Positions 1-8,490 of a DNA stretch of 58,007 bases are shown piece after piece; position 1 is the stretch's first letter; every line of letters starts with the position of its first letter. The stretch lies in the IMG/VR virus record IMGVR_UViG_3300028588_000795, positions 1 through 58,007 of that record, one strand, 5' to 3'. Source of the DNA: a virus (Duplodnaviria; Caudoviricetes). A model generated the notes under the pieces. That model did no database searches. It saw only the letters and a list, made by a program, of their open reading frames with translations, and had not been told where the DNA came from. Made by a program: the position numbers and the translations under genes.

Positions 1-1059
1 TCACTTTGTCGGCTTTACGACTTCGCCAGCACGGCGATAAACTCGCTTTGTAATCTGCGTGTCGGTGTGACCAAGCAGGCTGCTTGCGTCCGCCAGGCTG
101 GCCATTTCGCTGGCAGCTTTCGGGCGAATGTCGCGGAACTGGAACGCTTTGATCCGTTTCTCCAGGTCCGTCTTCCTGGCCTTCTCGGCTGCCGTCGCCG
201 CTTCCTTTCGGGCCGCTTCGAAGCGGTCGCGCAGCATCTTCTGCGTGAGCGGCTGTCCGCGCTCGGCGCACACCAGCTCTCCGCTCATCGACTGCAGTGG
301 GCGAGCCAAGAGCCGATCAACGCACGCGCCCAGTTCCGTCGGCTGGCCATCGACATGCAGGCGGATCCGCAGCACGTGCTGGGTCTTGTTCTGCCTGACG
401 TGCAGCTCGTCGTTCCGGATATCGTGCTTGCTCATCTTCAGGACGTCGGCCGGCCGCTGGCCCGACAGGTAGGCCAGGTCCATCGCGTCACGCAGCACCT
501 GACCGCCGGCCTTGTACACCGCATCCCAGACGTCAGCCTCGGCGTAGTAGTCGCGCGGCGCCTCTTTGTTCTTGCGCACGCCGCGGCACGGGTTGTCCCG
601 CTTCGTGAATCCCCACTCGCGCGCCATGTTGAACACATGGGAGAGCAGGGCGATCTCGCGGTTCGCGCGCACCGGCGCCGACCGGGCGTCACGGTACTGC
701 GCGATGTCCTGCGGTCGGATCGCCTCGATCGGCGCGCTGTCAAATGCTGGGCGCAAGTGCCTCAGTGCTTTCATGTTCTCGCGCTGCGTTGATGGTTTCT
801 TCTTAGGCAATATGTCGCGCTCGTACTGGTCAAACGCGTACTTCATCAGCGAGGCATCTGGCGGCACTTCCTTGCCCTCGAGCTCGGCCCACTTCACCTT
901 GGCTTTCTGCAGGTCGGTGCCGAGCGGAATCTCCTGGCGCCTCCCGCTCTCATCGCGGCCGTTGTAGTAATAGCCGGTCCATACTTCGCCGGATTTCAGC
1001 GTTCGCTTCCGCGCGATCATGCGCGGCGGTAGCTTTTTCCCGCTCGTCTTCGGTCGCAT
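1..1059 (-). CDS. int: Tyrosine recombinase / phage integrase
   Basis: GQRPADVL (catalytic R), QNKT (K), FRDIRPKAAS, LLGH, C-terminal VYRR (Y); N-terminal arm-binding region (GYYYNGRD...IPLG). Confidence 0.95.
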   Translation of the reverse strand: MRPKTSGKKLPPRMIARKRTLKSGEVWTGYYYNGRDESGRRQEIPLGTDLQKAKVKWAELEGKEVPPDASLMKYAFDQYERDILPKKKPSTQRENMKALRHLRPAFDSAPIEAIRPQDIAQYRDARSAPVRANREIALLSHVFNMAREWGFTKRDNPCRGVRKNKEAPRDYYAEADVWDAVYKAGGQVLRDAMDLAYLSGQRPADVLKMSKHDIRNDELHVRQNKTQHVLRIRLHVDGQPTELGACVDRLLARPLQSMSGELVCAERGQPLTQKMLRDRFEAARKEAATAAEKARKTDLEKRIKAFQFRDIRPKAASEMASLADASSLLGHTDTQITKRVYRRAGEVVKPTK

Positions 1060-1069
1060 CGCCTACCTG

Positions 1070-1327
1070 TTATTGAACTTTTGATACATCCAGCCGCCAG
1101 CCGCTTGCCTCTGGCGCGGCCATCGACGCGGTGTTGATGCCGGCCAGCTTGAGCCTGGCGTAGAGGCGGCCGATCACCGGTGCGCCGGCGCGGTTCTGGA
1201 AGAACACCCAGCCGTTCTTCTTGAGCCACTCTATCTGATCGCCGATGCGGCTGCAGCCGGCAATCTTGCTGACCTCGTCCGGATCCAGGGTTTCCGAGGT
1301 CAGAGGCAGTTCGAACATTGCGCTCAT
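1070..1327 (-). CDS. DUF4224-like excisionase/recombination directionality factor
   Basis: Small HTH-like ORF directly upstream of the integrase; QIEWLKKNGWVF..NRAGAPVIGR motif. Confidence 0.75.
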   Translation of the reverse strand: MSAMFELPLTSETLDPDEVSKIAGCSRIGDQIEWLKKNGWVFFQNRAGAPVIGRLYARLKLAGINTASMAAPEASGWRLDVSKVQ

Positions 1328-1418
1328 TCGTTGTTTCCCTTCTGGTAATTATTGCTCGGCGCCGGCTGCCACAGATGCAGCCACATCCACCATGTGATCT
1401 GTGCAAAGGCGAGGAGAC

Positions 1419-1658
1419 TCATTGCGACGTCTTCGCTTCAAAACACGATCCCTCCGCGATGCGGTAAGTGACGTTCATGTTTGACGTCACGGCCATCTGG
1501 TGGCGGCTGCAAATTGAGCCGCCGACCACCCGTTTATACTGGCCACAGTCCCGACATTCGCGCTCGTCCACGGCGTACACTTTGACCCCGCAGGCGCGAC
1601 ACCAGGAGCCCGTCTCGCCCGGTCGCCCCTGGGTGATAGTGTGATTACAGTCGCTCAC
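1419..1658 (-). CDS. Cys-rich hypothetical protein
   Basis: CxxC pairs; 4-nt overlap with the upstream gene. Confidence 0.6.
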   Translation of the reverse strand: MSDCNHTITQGRPGETGSWCRACGVKVYAVDERECRDCGQYKRVVGGSICSRHQMAVTSNMNVTYRIAEGSCFEAKTSQ

Positions 1659-2041
1659 TTCGCGCCTCCCTTCTTGTCGTCATCCAGAGCATGGGGAGAT
1701 GCCTCCGCCCGCAGCGCGTCGATTGCACGCTGAGGCACTGTATAGCCCAGTGCGCGTAGCGCTTCCAGCCGATCCGCGCATTCCCCGGCGGCGTCGTCCG
1801 AGAACGACTTGCCAGCGTGCGGCAGGTCGATCGGCTTATGCTCGGCGGTGGCCATAAAGGTCCGCTGCGCGCGGTAGGCCTTAAGCCATTCGTCTTTGTT
1901 GTCGCCTGTAAAGCGAGGGATCTCCGGCACGTCGCCGACGACGCGGTTGCCAGCGACATGCGTGACAAAGCCGCCACCGCACGCCTCGTACACGTAGACG
2001 TCGCAACTGAAGTTGTCGCTGCTGAATCGGCAGTAGCTCAC
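1655..2041 (-). CDS. Hypothetical phage protein (MSYCRFS-type)
   Basis: 4-nt overlaps with both neighbours. Confidence 0.7.
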   Translation of the reverse strand: MSYCRFSSDNFSCDVYVYEACGGGFVTHVAGNRVVGDVPEIPRFTGDNKDEWLKAYRAQRTFMATAEHKPIDLPHAGKSFSDDAAGECADRLEALRALGYTVPQRAIDALRAEASPHALDDDKKGGAK

Positions 2042-2898
2042 GATCCGCTCCCTTCCGCGCTTTCCTTGGCGCCCTTGGCGGATTGCATGGTGGCGATCTG
2101 GGCATCGATGGCATCATCCACGGTTTCACGCGCGAACTTGACGTCTTTGAAGGCCTGGCCGACCGACAGGTAGAAGGCGCAGACTCCCGGCTCGCTCTTG
2201 TCACGCAGCCATCGATACCGCGCCGCCTCCCGCTCCAGCTTTGCCAGGTACGTGCGGCCCATGCGCCTGCCGCCGAGCACGATCCATTTGCGCCCATCGT
2301 CGGCCGGCTGCGCGGTATTGCCAGGAGCAGGAGCGGCGAGAAATTTCTCGACAACTTTACGAATGGTCGATACGGTGGTTCGCACTTGCAATTCCTCGAA
2401 CCCGTATTTGCTCGGCTCAGAATCGACGCCCATCGAAGCGAGGACTTCGACGATTCTGGCATTCGTTACATCGCCCGCCGCTGTTGGCTGCTGTACGGCT
2501 CCCGCTGCGGGAACGCTGGCGCGCGCCTGGGATGCGATGACGGCCTGTTCGACGGCCCGGCCGAATGCGATGCGGCGTTCGCCCGGCTTGGCGGTATCGG
2601 CATGCTTTGCCCACAGCGCTTCGATCTGGCCATTCGTGAGACGCGGCGGCAGTTCTTCCGCTACAGCTTCGGGCATGGAGCGGCGGTTCCAGTCCTCGGC
2701 AATCTGGATCAGGTAGCCAGGCTGTGCCGGGTACATCAAGGCATGGTCGTCAGCGTCGAAAACGCACTCATCATCGTGGGCAGCGAAGATCCGGTGCCAG
2801 TCTCGATTGCTTTCGATGCGGGCCGCGCCGCCGCAAAACGGGCACGGCAGCAACTCGACTTCGGCGCCCTTGTCAGGGCGGGGTTGGGTCGACATCAT
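2038..2898 (-). CDS. Lar (restriction alleviation)-family zinc-finger domain protein, mosaic
   Basis: N-terminal LLPCPFCGG...WNRR motif; ATGA coupling. Confidence 0.7.
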   Translation of the reverse strand: MMSTQPRPDKGAEVELLPCPFCGGAARIESNRDWHRIFAAHDDECVFDADDHALMYPAQPGYLIQIAEDWNRRSMPEAVAEELPPRLTNGQIEALWAKHADTAKPGERRIAFGRAVEQAVIASQARASVPAAGAVQQPTAAGDVTNARIVEVLASMGVDSEPSKYGFEELQVRTTVSTIRKVVEKFLAAPAPGNTAQPADDGRKWIVLGGRRMGRTYLAKLEREAARYRWLRDKSEPGVCAFYLSVGQAFKDVKFARETVDDAIDAQIATMQSAKGAKESAEGSGS

Positions 2899-3923
2899 GC
2901 GTCCTCCTGCTTGGTGGCCGACATAGCGGCGTCGATGGCTTCGCGGATTGGCTTGCCACCCATGATGATCGAGCGCACCGACAGGTTGCCGACCGGCGCC
3001 GCGCCGATTTCCCAGCCCATACGGAACCGGTGCACGTTCGTGTCGAGGAAGTCGAGCCGCGCCGCATCCTCCGCATCATCTGCTGGCTGCTCGACTGCCT
3101 GCGATACTGGCGCTGCTGCGGCGACCAGCGGGACGAACTTGAGCACGGCGGCCCATGTCTGCTTGACGCGCTCGTGGTCATCGCTCTGCCAGTAGTCGCG
3201 CGCCGCCATCCACTCGCCTATCGCGGCTTCGAAGCCGGCTGGCGCTGCTGCTGGCTGTGCTTGCGCATCGCTTACGCTTGCCGTGGTATCCGCCTCGCCC
3301 GCGCTGGTGGCGTCGGCATCGGCGCTGGAGCGTCCAACCCATCGAATGAAATCCTTGTGCTGCCCGAAATTCTCGATGTCGATGCCGCGCGCCAGCATCA
3401 GCACCCTCATGCCGGGGTTAGCCGACGACCAGAACTCGCCAACGCGCCACTCGTCTTGCTCGGTGGTATCCGCCTGTGCAGCTACAGGCGCAGCGAGAGC
3501 GGCACCATTATTGCCGTACTCCAACCAAGCGCGAATGTGCTTGCGGTATTCGTCTTGGCGCAGATGGTCATCGAGCGACGACGACAGCCACAGTGAAAGC
3601 CGGTCGGCGATGTCGTGGTTGCTCGTCACTACTGGCTGCGCAGCGAGGCGAGCCTGAGCGATGTCAGCTTCGGCGAGTAACGCGTAGCACCACCCGCATT
3701 TTGGGCAAGCCGCCGCCATGCAATTAGTCTCCGCGCATCCAGGGCAGTGATCCTCTGCGGGTGTCGCGCCAGTCCATTCGCAGTTATGGCACGCGGCCTG
3801 CGTATCGCTGCTGTCGTTAATGCCGATATGCCCGCACCGCGCGCATTCGCGGCATTCGACATAAACCTTGTCCAGTTCTTCCGCTGATAGCGGGGCGATG
3901 GCTGGGGTATTGGTGGTGTTCAT
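2895..3923 (-). CDS. Mosaic hypothetical protein with Cys-rich N-terminus
   Basis: Multiple CxxC; ATG at 3923 overlaps the upstream stop (ATGA); DAARLDFL motif typical of left-arm phage proteins. Confidence 0.7.
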   Translation of the reverse strand: MNTTNTPAIAPLSAEELDKVYVECRECARCGHIGINDSSDTQAACHNCEWTGATPAEDHCPGCAETNCMAAACPKCGWCYALLAEADIAQARLAAQPVVTSNHDIADRLSLWLSSSLDDHLRQDEYRKHIRAWLEYGNNGAALAAPVAAQADTTEQDEWRVGEFWSSANPGMRVLMLARGIDIENFGQHKDFIRWVGRSSADADATSAGEADTTASVSDAQAQPAAAPAGFEAAIGEWMAARDYWQSDDHERVKQTWAAVLKFVPLVAAAAPVSQAVEQPADDAEDAARLDFLDTNVHRFRMGWEIGAAPVGNLSVRSIIMGGKPIREAIDAAMSATKQEDA

Positions 3924-4381
3924 GCTGTTTGCTCCCAAAGTAATTTCTGGCCACGCAAAGCGGCGTCAGTATCGATCCGTGGACGTGCTGGAGTGTTCCA
4001 GTTGCCGCCGCCGCGCTGCCCTAGAAGTTTCCATCCTGCACCGCGCAGGCTTGCTCCGCCTTCGGACGGCAGCGTGTAGGTAATCAGGCGTCGGTAGCCC
4101 AATGCGCTGGCCGCGCGCCACGCCGCGCCATACAGCATCGAACATGCGTTCGGGGCGCCATCCGTACAGCAGCGACTAACCTCTAGCGTCCAGCCGTCAT
4201 CGTTGCCGCGCGCGACTGGGCGGCCGACGATGGCCACGCCGCGCACTTTCTCACCCTCGGCCACGGCGATGCTGAATTTGTGGCCGACTACGGGCTGATG
4301 GTGGCGATGACGCGCCTGCACGAATGCGTTTGCCTCATCCAGCGAAATTGGCACCACATCAAGTCGCACGGCTCGCCCCAT
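3920..4381 (-). CDS. XF1762-family / Mom-like GNAT-fold protein
   Basis: EANAFV..HRHH, GVAIVGRPVAR, LEVSRCCTDG..NACSMLY, ITYTL..EGGASLRGAGW. The start is either ATG 4381 or GTG 4369. Confidence 0.75.
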   Translation of the reverse strand: MGRAVRLDVVPISLDEANAFVQARHRHHQPVVGHKFSIAVAEGEKVRGVAIVGRPVARGNDDGWTLEVSRCCTDGAPNACSMLYGAAWRAASALGYRRLITYTLPSEGGASLRGAGWKLLGQRGGGNWNTPARPRIDTDAALRGQKLLWEQTA

Positions 4382-4997
4382 CAGTGGCGGCCTGATCGCC
4401 CTTGCTGGCGGTGCGCAGGGCGCGGATAGCGAATGCACTGTGCGTGATCGCGTTGTTGTAGGCGATGTCTATGCGATTGCCTGTATCCTCAACGCGCTCG
4501 TTTTCGCAAGCCTGCGCCGCTTCTTCCAGCGCATGGTCCCGCACCTCGGATGGATTGAGTGCTGGAGCGGCGAGGTAGGCGCGGGCGCGCACTACCAAGC
4601 AGTCGCCGGTGTGCGCATCGCCGTCCGCCCAGCTGGTTTGGCAGTCGATGCAGTACAGGGTTTCGCCGTCGTATCCTCGCTCCCCGTAGCCTATCGACAC
4701 GGCTTTGACGCACTCCATCACGACCGGGTCCGCGGCACCCGCCGTGCTCTGCGCCACTGGAGCGGCGACGAACGATTCGATGACACGATCTGCGTTGTTC
4801 GGTGGCGCTTGGTCCATGTAGCGCCACGGGTTGCCCTGTCCGCGCGAGTCCACCCATTTCCAGCGCCAGAGCGTAGGGGCGGCACCCGCCGTGCTCGGGT
4901 TATCTGCCGATGCAGGGGCGGCCGTCCTGCTCTCTTCGCTCCAGTCCAACTCGCCGGGCGCGCGCACTTCTTTGATGCGGCGGTTCTGTTCAGTCAT
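4359..4997 (-). CDS. Hypothetical protein
   Basis: ATG with GGAG upstream; RDHALEEAAQAC...AIRAL motif common in phage early genes. Confidence 0.65.
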   Translation of the reverse strand: MTEQNRRIKEVRAPGELDWSEESRTAAPASADNPSTAGAAPTLWRWKWVDSRGQGNPWRYMDQAPPNNADRVIESFVAAPVAQSTAGAADPVVMECVKAVSIGYGERGYDGETLYCIDCQTSWADGDAHTGDCLVVRARAYLAAPALNPSEVRDHALEEAAQACENERVEDTGNRIDIAYNNAITHSAFAIRALRTASKGDQAATDGASRAT

Positions 4998-5187
4998 GGT
5001 TCTGATCTCCTTGGGGTTCGCGTTGTTCTTGGGCTGGCGCCGGCTCGTTCGCCGCGGCTGCCGCGCGCTTTGCCGCAGCCAACTGCGCGTGGTACTGGTC
5101 GTCGAGGTCATCGAGCGCGCGGCGCTGCGCCCGGGTCGACGCGCCGCCATAGGCGACGGCGGCGGCATAGCTACGGCGGCGCTTCAT
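4990..5187 (-). CDS. Small hypothetical protein
   Basis: ATGA overlap with the rdgC stop. Confidence 0.5.
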   Translation of the reverse strand: MKRRRSYAAAVAYGGASTRAQRRALDDLDDQYHAQLAAAKRAAAAANEPAPAQEQREPQGDQNHD

Positions 5188-6083
5188 GCTTTTGCCTCGC
5201 CGCCCAGGGCTTCGACCAAGTCGGCCAGCATCTTGGCCAGCTCGCCCGTCATCAGCATGATGTCGTTGTCGAAGCGCTCGTCGTCGTTGTAGGTGACGGC
5301 CTGGCCTTCCTTGATCACGTCCAGCGGCTTGATGCTCTTGATCGCCAGCTGCTCGGTCAGCACGAAGGAGATGCGGCTGTTCCAGGTCATGGCCAGGCGG
5401 GTGCACTGCTTGCCGCCCGCGATGTGGCGGCGCATATCCTCGGGGTCCAGGCTGTGACGTTTGTAGCCGACCTCGGCCTTGCTCTCGCCGGTGGCGCGCA
5501 GCGTGGCATTCTGGTCGACCGTGAAGCCGGCCGGCGCCTCGTCGCTGTCCAGCCAGGCCGTCATCATCGCCACCGGCGAGCTCTGAACGCGCAGCGATTC
5601 GAGCGGCATGCGGTCGACCGCTTTGAGCAGCAGCTTGATGACGTCGTCGGCGCGGCTCGGGCTCGACGTGTCGATGACCAGCCACCCGTTCTTCGGATCG
5701 ATCCATGCCCAGATGCTGGAGCGGACTGACAAGGCGCGCGGCAGCAGCTCGTCGAGCGCGCGCTCCTTCAGCTCCTTCATCGCCTTCTTGCCTGGGCGGA
5801 AGCCTTGCTGCTTCTCGAGCTCGTCGGCCATGGAGTTCGCGCGCTGAGCCACCGCCTTCGCCGGCAGGATCTTCTTCTCGGTCGCCAGCTTGAGCAGGAA
5901 CTGGCCGGCCACGGCGTGCACCAGCGGCATGCCGGCACCGCGCGGCGGCTCCCAGCCCTGGCGCATCAGCTCGTTGCTCGACGCCGGCGAGAAGCGCTGC
6001 GGCTCGAGCAGGGCCGCCAACTGGTCGGCGATCATCAGGTACGGCGCCGGCAGGCGGTAAATCGACAGATTCTTGAACCACAT
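5184..6083 (-). CDS. rdgC: Recombination-associated protein RdgC
   Basis: MWFKNLSIYRL start, EKKILPA, LLPRA, ISFVLTEQLAIK, LVEALGGE end; 299 aa. Confidence 0.95.
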   Translation of the reverse strand: MWFKNLSIYRLPAPYLMIADQLAALLEPQRFSPASSNELMRQGWEPPRGAGMPLVHAVAGQFLLKLATEKKILPAKAVAQRANSMADELEKQQGFRPGKKAMKELKERALDELLPRALSVRSSIWAWIDPKNGWLVIDTSSPSRADDVIKLLLKAVDRMPLESLRVQSSPVAMMTAWLDSDEAPAGFTVDQNATLRATGESKAEVGYKRHSLDPEDMRRHIAGGKQCTRLAMTWNSRISFVLTEQLAIKSIKPLDVIKEGQAVTYNDDERFDNDIMLMTGELAKMLADLVEALGGEAKA

Positions 6084-6120
6084 CTCTTGGATTCCTTGTT
6101 TTGGTTGGGGGCGCTCGGCG

Positions 6121-6228
6121 CTACTGCGAGACTTCGACGGCCGGCGCATCGTCTACGCGCTGCACTTCGGCCACCAGGATCAGGAAGGCGAAAACGAACA
6201 CCACGGTCCAGCCGATCGAGCGGATCAC
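6121..6228 (-). CDS. 35-aa single-TM peptide
   Basis: GTGA coupling; hydrophobic IGWTVVFVFAFLILVA. Confidence 0.5.
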   Translation of the reverse strand: MIRSIGWTVVFVFAFLILVAEVQRVDDAPAVEVSQ

Positions 6229-6338
6229 GTCGGCACCCCGGTAATCGCCAGGACAATCATCGAGATCACGCCCAGGGCCATCAGGCCGGCCAGCTTGACC
6301 TTCGCCGCGAGGAGCTCTCGCTCGGTCACGCGGGTCAC
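6225..6338 (-). CDS. 37-aa single-TM peptide
   Basis: GTGA coupling on both sides; hydrophobic LAGLMALGVISMIVLAITGV. Confidence 0.5.
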   Translation of the reverse strand: MTRVTERELLAAKVKLAGLMALGVISMIVLAITGVPT

Positions 6339-6454
6339 AGCGCACGCTCCATCGCCGCATTCAGCAGCAGCAACGCACCCATGGCGGCGAACATCAGGCC
6401 GGGGTGGCGGTCGGTCCATTCGATACGGTGCAGCAAGGGGAAGCGCAGCATCAT
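6335..6454 (-). CDS. 39-aa single-TM peptide
   Basis: GGAG RBS before ATGATG; hydrophobic LMFAAMGALLLLNAAM. Confidence 0.5.
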   Translation of the reverse strand: MMLRFPLLHRIEWTDRHPGLMFAAMGALLLLNAAMERAL

Positions 6455-6694
6455 GTTCTCCAGGTGGTTGTCGGGTACCGCTTCAGTGCCAAAGCCCCGT
6501 CGTGCGGGGCTTGTGATGATCCTGTTTCGCGCTTGCCGGGATGCCGCCCAACAAGCGCATCTACTAGCCGTACTCGAGTTGTTCCGGCCTTGCGGCACCG
6601 CGCGCTGAGTCTTGCCTCCCGTCGGCATACGGGGCTGGCATGAGCCAGTAGAGACAGCGATAGCGGCATGCCGCGATGAGCATTAAAAGGAACT

Positions 6695-7138
6695 TCAGCA
6701 TCCGGCGCGGGCTTCGAGCTCCTGGATCGCGGCGCGCACGATGGCCGCGAAGGTCGCCGCATCCTGATCCGGGTGATCCTGGTAGCGCTCCGTCACGTTG
6801 CGTCGACGGTTGCCGGCGCCGGCCGATACCGTGCCTTCTTCCGGGTCATGAGTGACCGTCAGGCCCAGCAGGTAGCCCAGCGGGCCAGCCGCATCCCAGC
6901 TGCGCCGCCAGCAAGGCGGAGCGGACGGCTGCGGCCCGGAGAAGGTCAGCCGGGACATGCCAGCGCTCATGAGGCCAGCGCCCTTGCGTGCGGCGGGCAG
7001 GATCGGCGCCTCGCGGGCCCACGCGGCCGGCGCGGTGTAGCGGCGGCGGAACAGCGGGTGTAGGAAGGCGAGGGTGATTTCGTCAGCTACGCACTCGCGG
7101 AGGTATTCCTCGGACCAGGGCTTCGGGATCATGTTCAT
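6695..7138 (-). CDS. Hypothetical protein
   Basis: ATG 7138 overlaps the upstream stop. Confidence 0.55.
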   Translation of the reverse strand: MNMIPKPWSEEYLRECVADEITLAFLHPLFRRRYTAPAAWAREAPILPAARKGAGLMSAGMSRLTFSGPQPSAPPCWRRSWDAAGPLGYLLGLTVTHDPEEGTVSAGAGNRRRNVTERYQDHPDQDAATFAAIVRAAIQELEARAGC

Positions 7139-7395
7139 TCCGGCTTTTCCTTGTTGCTGTCGGCCGCGTCGAGCAGCGGGTTTTCGTTGCGCATGACGAT
7201 CTTCCGGAAGTCGCCGATCTGCACCTCGAGGGCCGGGTCGGCTTTGCCCATCGATGCTGCGAGTGAGCACAAAAAGGCATCCATGCGAGCCCATTGGCGG
7301 CCGAACTCGTAGCCGCGGCTGACATAGTCAACATCCCTCTCGTTTGCGAACTCGAAGGCATCAGAAAAGGCGTCGCGCAGCTGTTTCTTGTTCAT
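7135..7395 (-). CDS. Hypothetical protein
   Basis: GAGGAG RBS; coupled to the downstream gene. Confidence 0.65.
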   Translation of the reverse strand: MNKKQLRDAFSDAFEFANERDVDYVSRGYEFGRQWARMDAFLCSLAASMGKADPALEVQIGDFRKIVMRNENPLLDAADSNKEKPE

Positions 7396-7406
7396 GCTCA
7401 GACTCC

Positions 7407-7514
7407 TCAGAAAGAAACCGCCAATGCCACAACCAGGCAGCCAGCGCAGAAGCTCATCAGGCTGTAGACGATCACGTCGTCTCGGGTGTATTGGCGGGTG
7501 GTGGTGTTGCTCAT
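7407..7514 (-). CDS. 35-aa peptide with C-terminal TM segment
   Basis: AGGAG RBS; MSNTTTRQYTRDDVIVYSLMSFCAGCLVVALAVSF, read manually. Confidence 0.55.
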   Translation of the reverse strand: MSNTTTRQYTRDDVIVYSLMSFCAGCLVVALAVSF

Positions 7515-7530
7515 CGTTTGCTCCTGCACT

Positions 7531-7851
7531 TCATTTCCCTTGTTCGATCCACTGCTTGCGCGCCAGGATCAGCTCGGCCGGTTGCCACTTGGCCCAGTCG
7601 GTCAGCTGGGCGACCAGCTTCGCCTTCGGCACGCGCAGCTTTGCGGCCTTCGCATCGAGCAGGCCCGGCGCGGCCTTGATGTCGGCCAGCGCCTGCTTTG
7701 CCTCTGCCTTCAATTCGCGCAACCTGGCGGCCTTCGCTTTTCGATCGCCCATCGCTATAGCGGTCTGTTCGCGCTTGTAGCGGTCCAGCTGGGCGTCGAT
7801 GTCGCCGCGCTTGCTCAGTGGCGTGTTCAAGATTCCGTGGTCCAAGCTCAT
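7531..7851 (-). CDS. Basic hypothetical protein, first clear gene of the PL operon
   Basis: GGAG RBS; Lys/Ala-rich helical sequence. Confidence 0.7.
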   Translation of the reverse strand: MSLDHGILNTPLSKRGDIDAQLDRYKREQTAIAMGDRKAKAARLRELKAEAKQALADIKAAPGLLDAKAAKLRVPKAKLVAQLTDWAKWQPAELILARKQWIEQGK

Positions 7852-8044
7852 CGTTTGCTCCGTTCCGTGTTCGCGCGCCCTGCCTCAACCAAGTGCCAGC
7901 CCAACTGGCGCCGAATTTCTTCCAGGCTCGGCGGCGGCCTGTTCTCTTCCTGCCGCTGGAGCATCCAGCTACGCACCACTTGTCGGTCGGGCTTGCTGGT
8001 CTGCGGCATCGCTGGCTCCTGGTTGAGTTCGCTGCGTTGAGATC

Positions 8045-8073
8045 ATTATTAGGCATAACCTTAATCAATGCAA
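8045..8073 (-). promoter_or_regulatory. PL-like leftward early promoter
   Basis: Minus-strand TTGCAT-17bp-AATAAT with an operator in the spacer. Confidence 0.7.
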
Positions 8074-8106
8074 GGCTAAACCTAAATTTATTTTCAGGTT
8101 TAGCCT
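8051..8106. promoter_or_regulatory. OL: three repressor operators AGG-N5-CCT (8051-8061, 8073-8083, 8096-8106)
   Basis: AGGCATAACCT, AGGCTAAACCT, AGGTTTAGCCT at 22-23 bp spacing; the same motif occurs three times between cI and cro. Confidence 0.85.
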
Positions 8107-8121
8107 AAGTTGGGTTATGAT
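8093..8121 (+). promoter_or_regulatory. Rightward promoter overlapping the third OL operator
   Basis: TTCAGG-17bp-TATGAT; predicted start ~8127 coincides with a hairpin. Confidence 0.55.
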
Positions 8122-8126
8122 GCGTT

Positions 8127-8395
8127 GTCAGCCGAGTTCGGTTGACCGCTCTACCTGCAGAAAACACACAGGGGTAGGGGGATAGGTGAGACTGCGACCT
8201 GGTGAAAGAAACGGGGGGGCAAGGGTGAGACTCACACAGGGTGGCGAAGAGAGAGCCCTGTACCCGAAAGTCTGTCGGATGGTGCCTCGGGCGCTCACGC
8301 GCTTGTCGAGCTAACACCTGAAGGAAGCGACCACGCACGCGCTCGCGTTCGCACGCGTATTAGGTACTGTTTGGGGCTGGGGGCTAGAGAAAAAG
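8127..8395 (+). ncRNA. Candidate structured non-coding RNA (possible replication pre-primer)
   Basis: Stem-loops with G-U pairs (8127-8146; ACAGGGT..GCCCTGT; CCCGA..TCGGG), G-tracts at 8171-8181, 8213-8219 and 8373-8383, A-run at 8390-8394; no credible ORF. Confidence 0.45.
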
Positions 8396-8423
8396 AAAAG
8401 CTAACAAGCAGGAAATAAAAACC

Positions 8424-8490
8424 GGCAAGCGCAAGCTTGCCAGCATTACGAAGTAATGCGGCAGCAAGCGAAGCGCGCAGCGAAGCGGAG
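8424..8490 (+). other. Candidate primosome assembly site / single-strand initiation signal
   Basis: Hairpins GGCAAGC-GCAA-GCTTGCC and GCATTAC-GAA-GTAATGC, two GCGAAGC mini-hairpins, and GAAGCGG at 8482-8488. Confidence 0.45.

Noticed and set aside
1-60. attL/attR core repeat
   Set aside because: The window begins at the integrase stop codon, so the adjacent att site is probably outside; no matching direct repeat was noticed at the right end.
2083-5729. Long + strand ORFs in the left arm (2083-3195, 4440-5729)
   Set aside because: Antisense to a tightly coupled minus-strand operon; no recognisable domains.
8105-8338. 77-aa minus-strand ORF across the structured element
   Set aside because: No RBS, non-protein-like composition; the region is better explained as non-coding.
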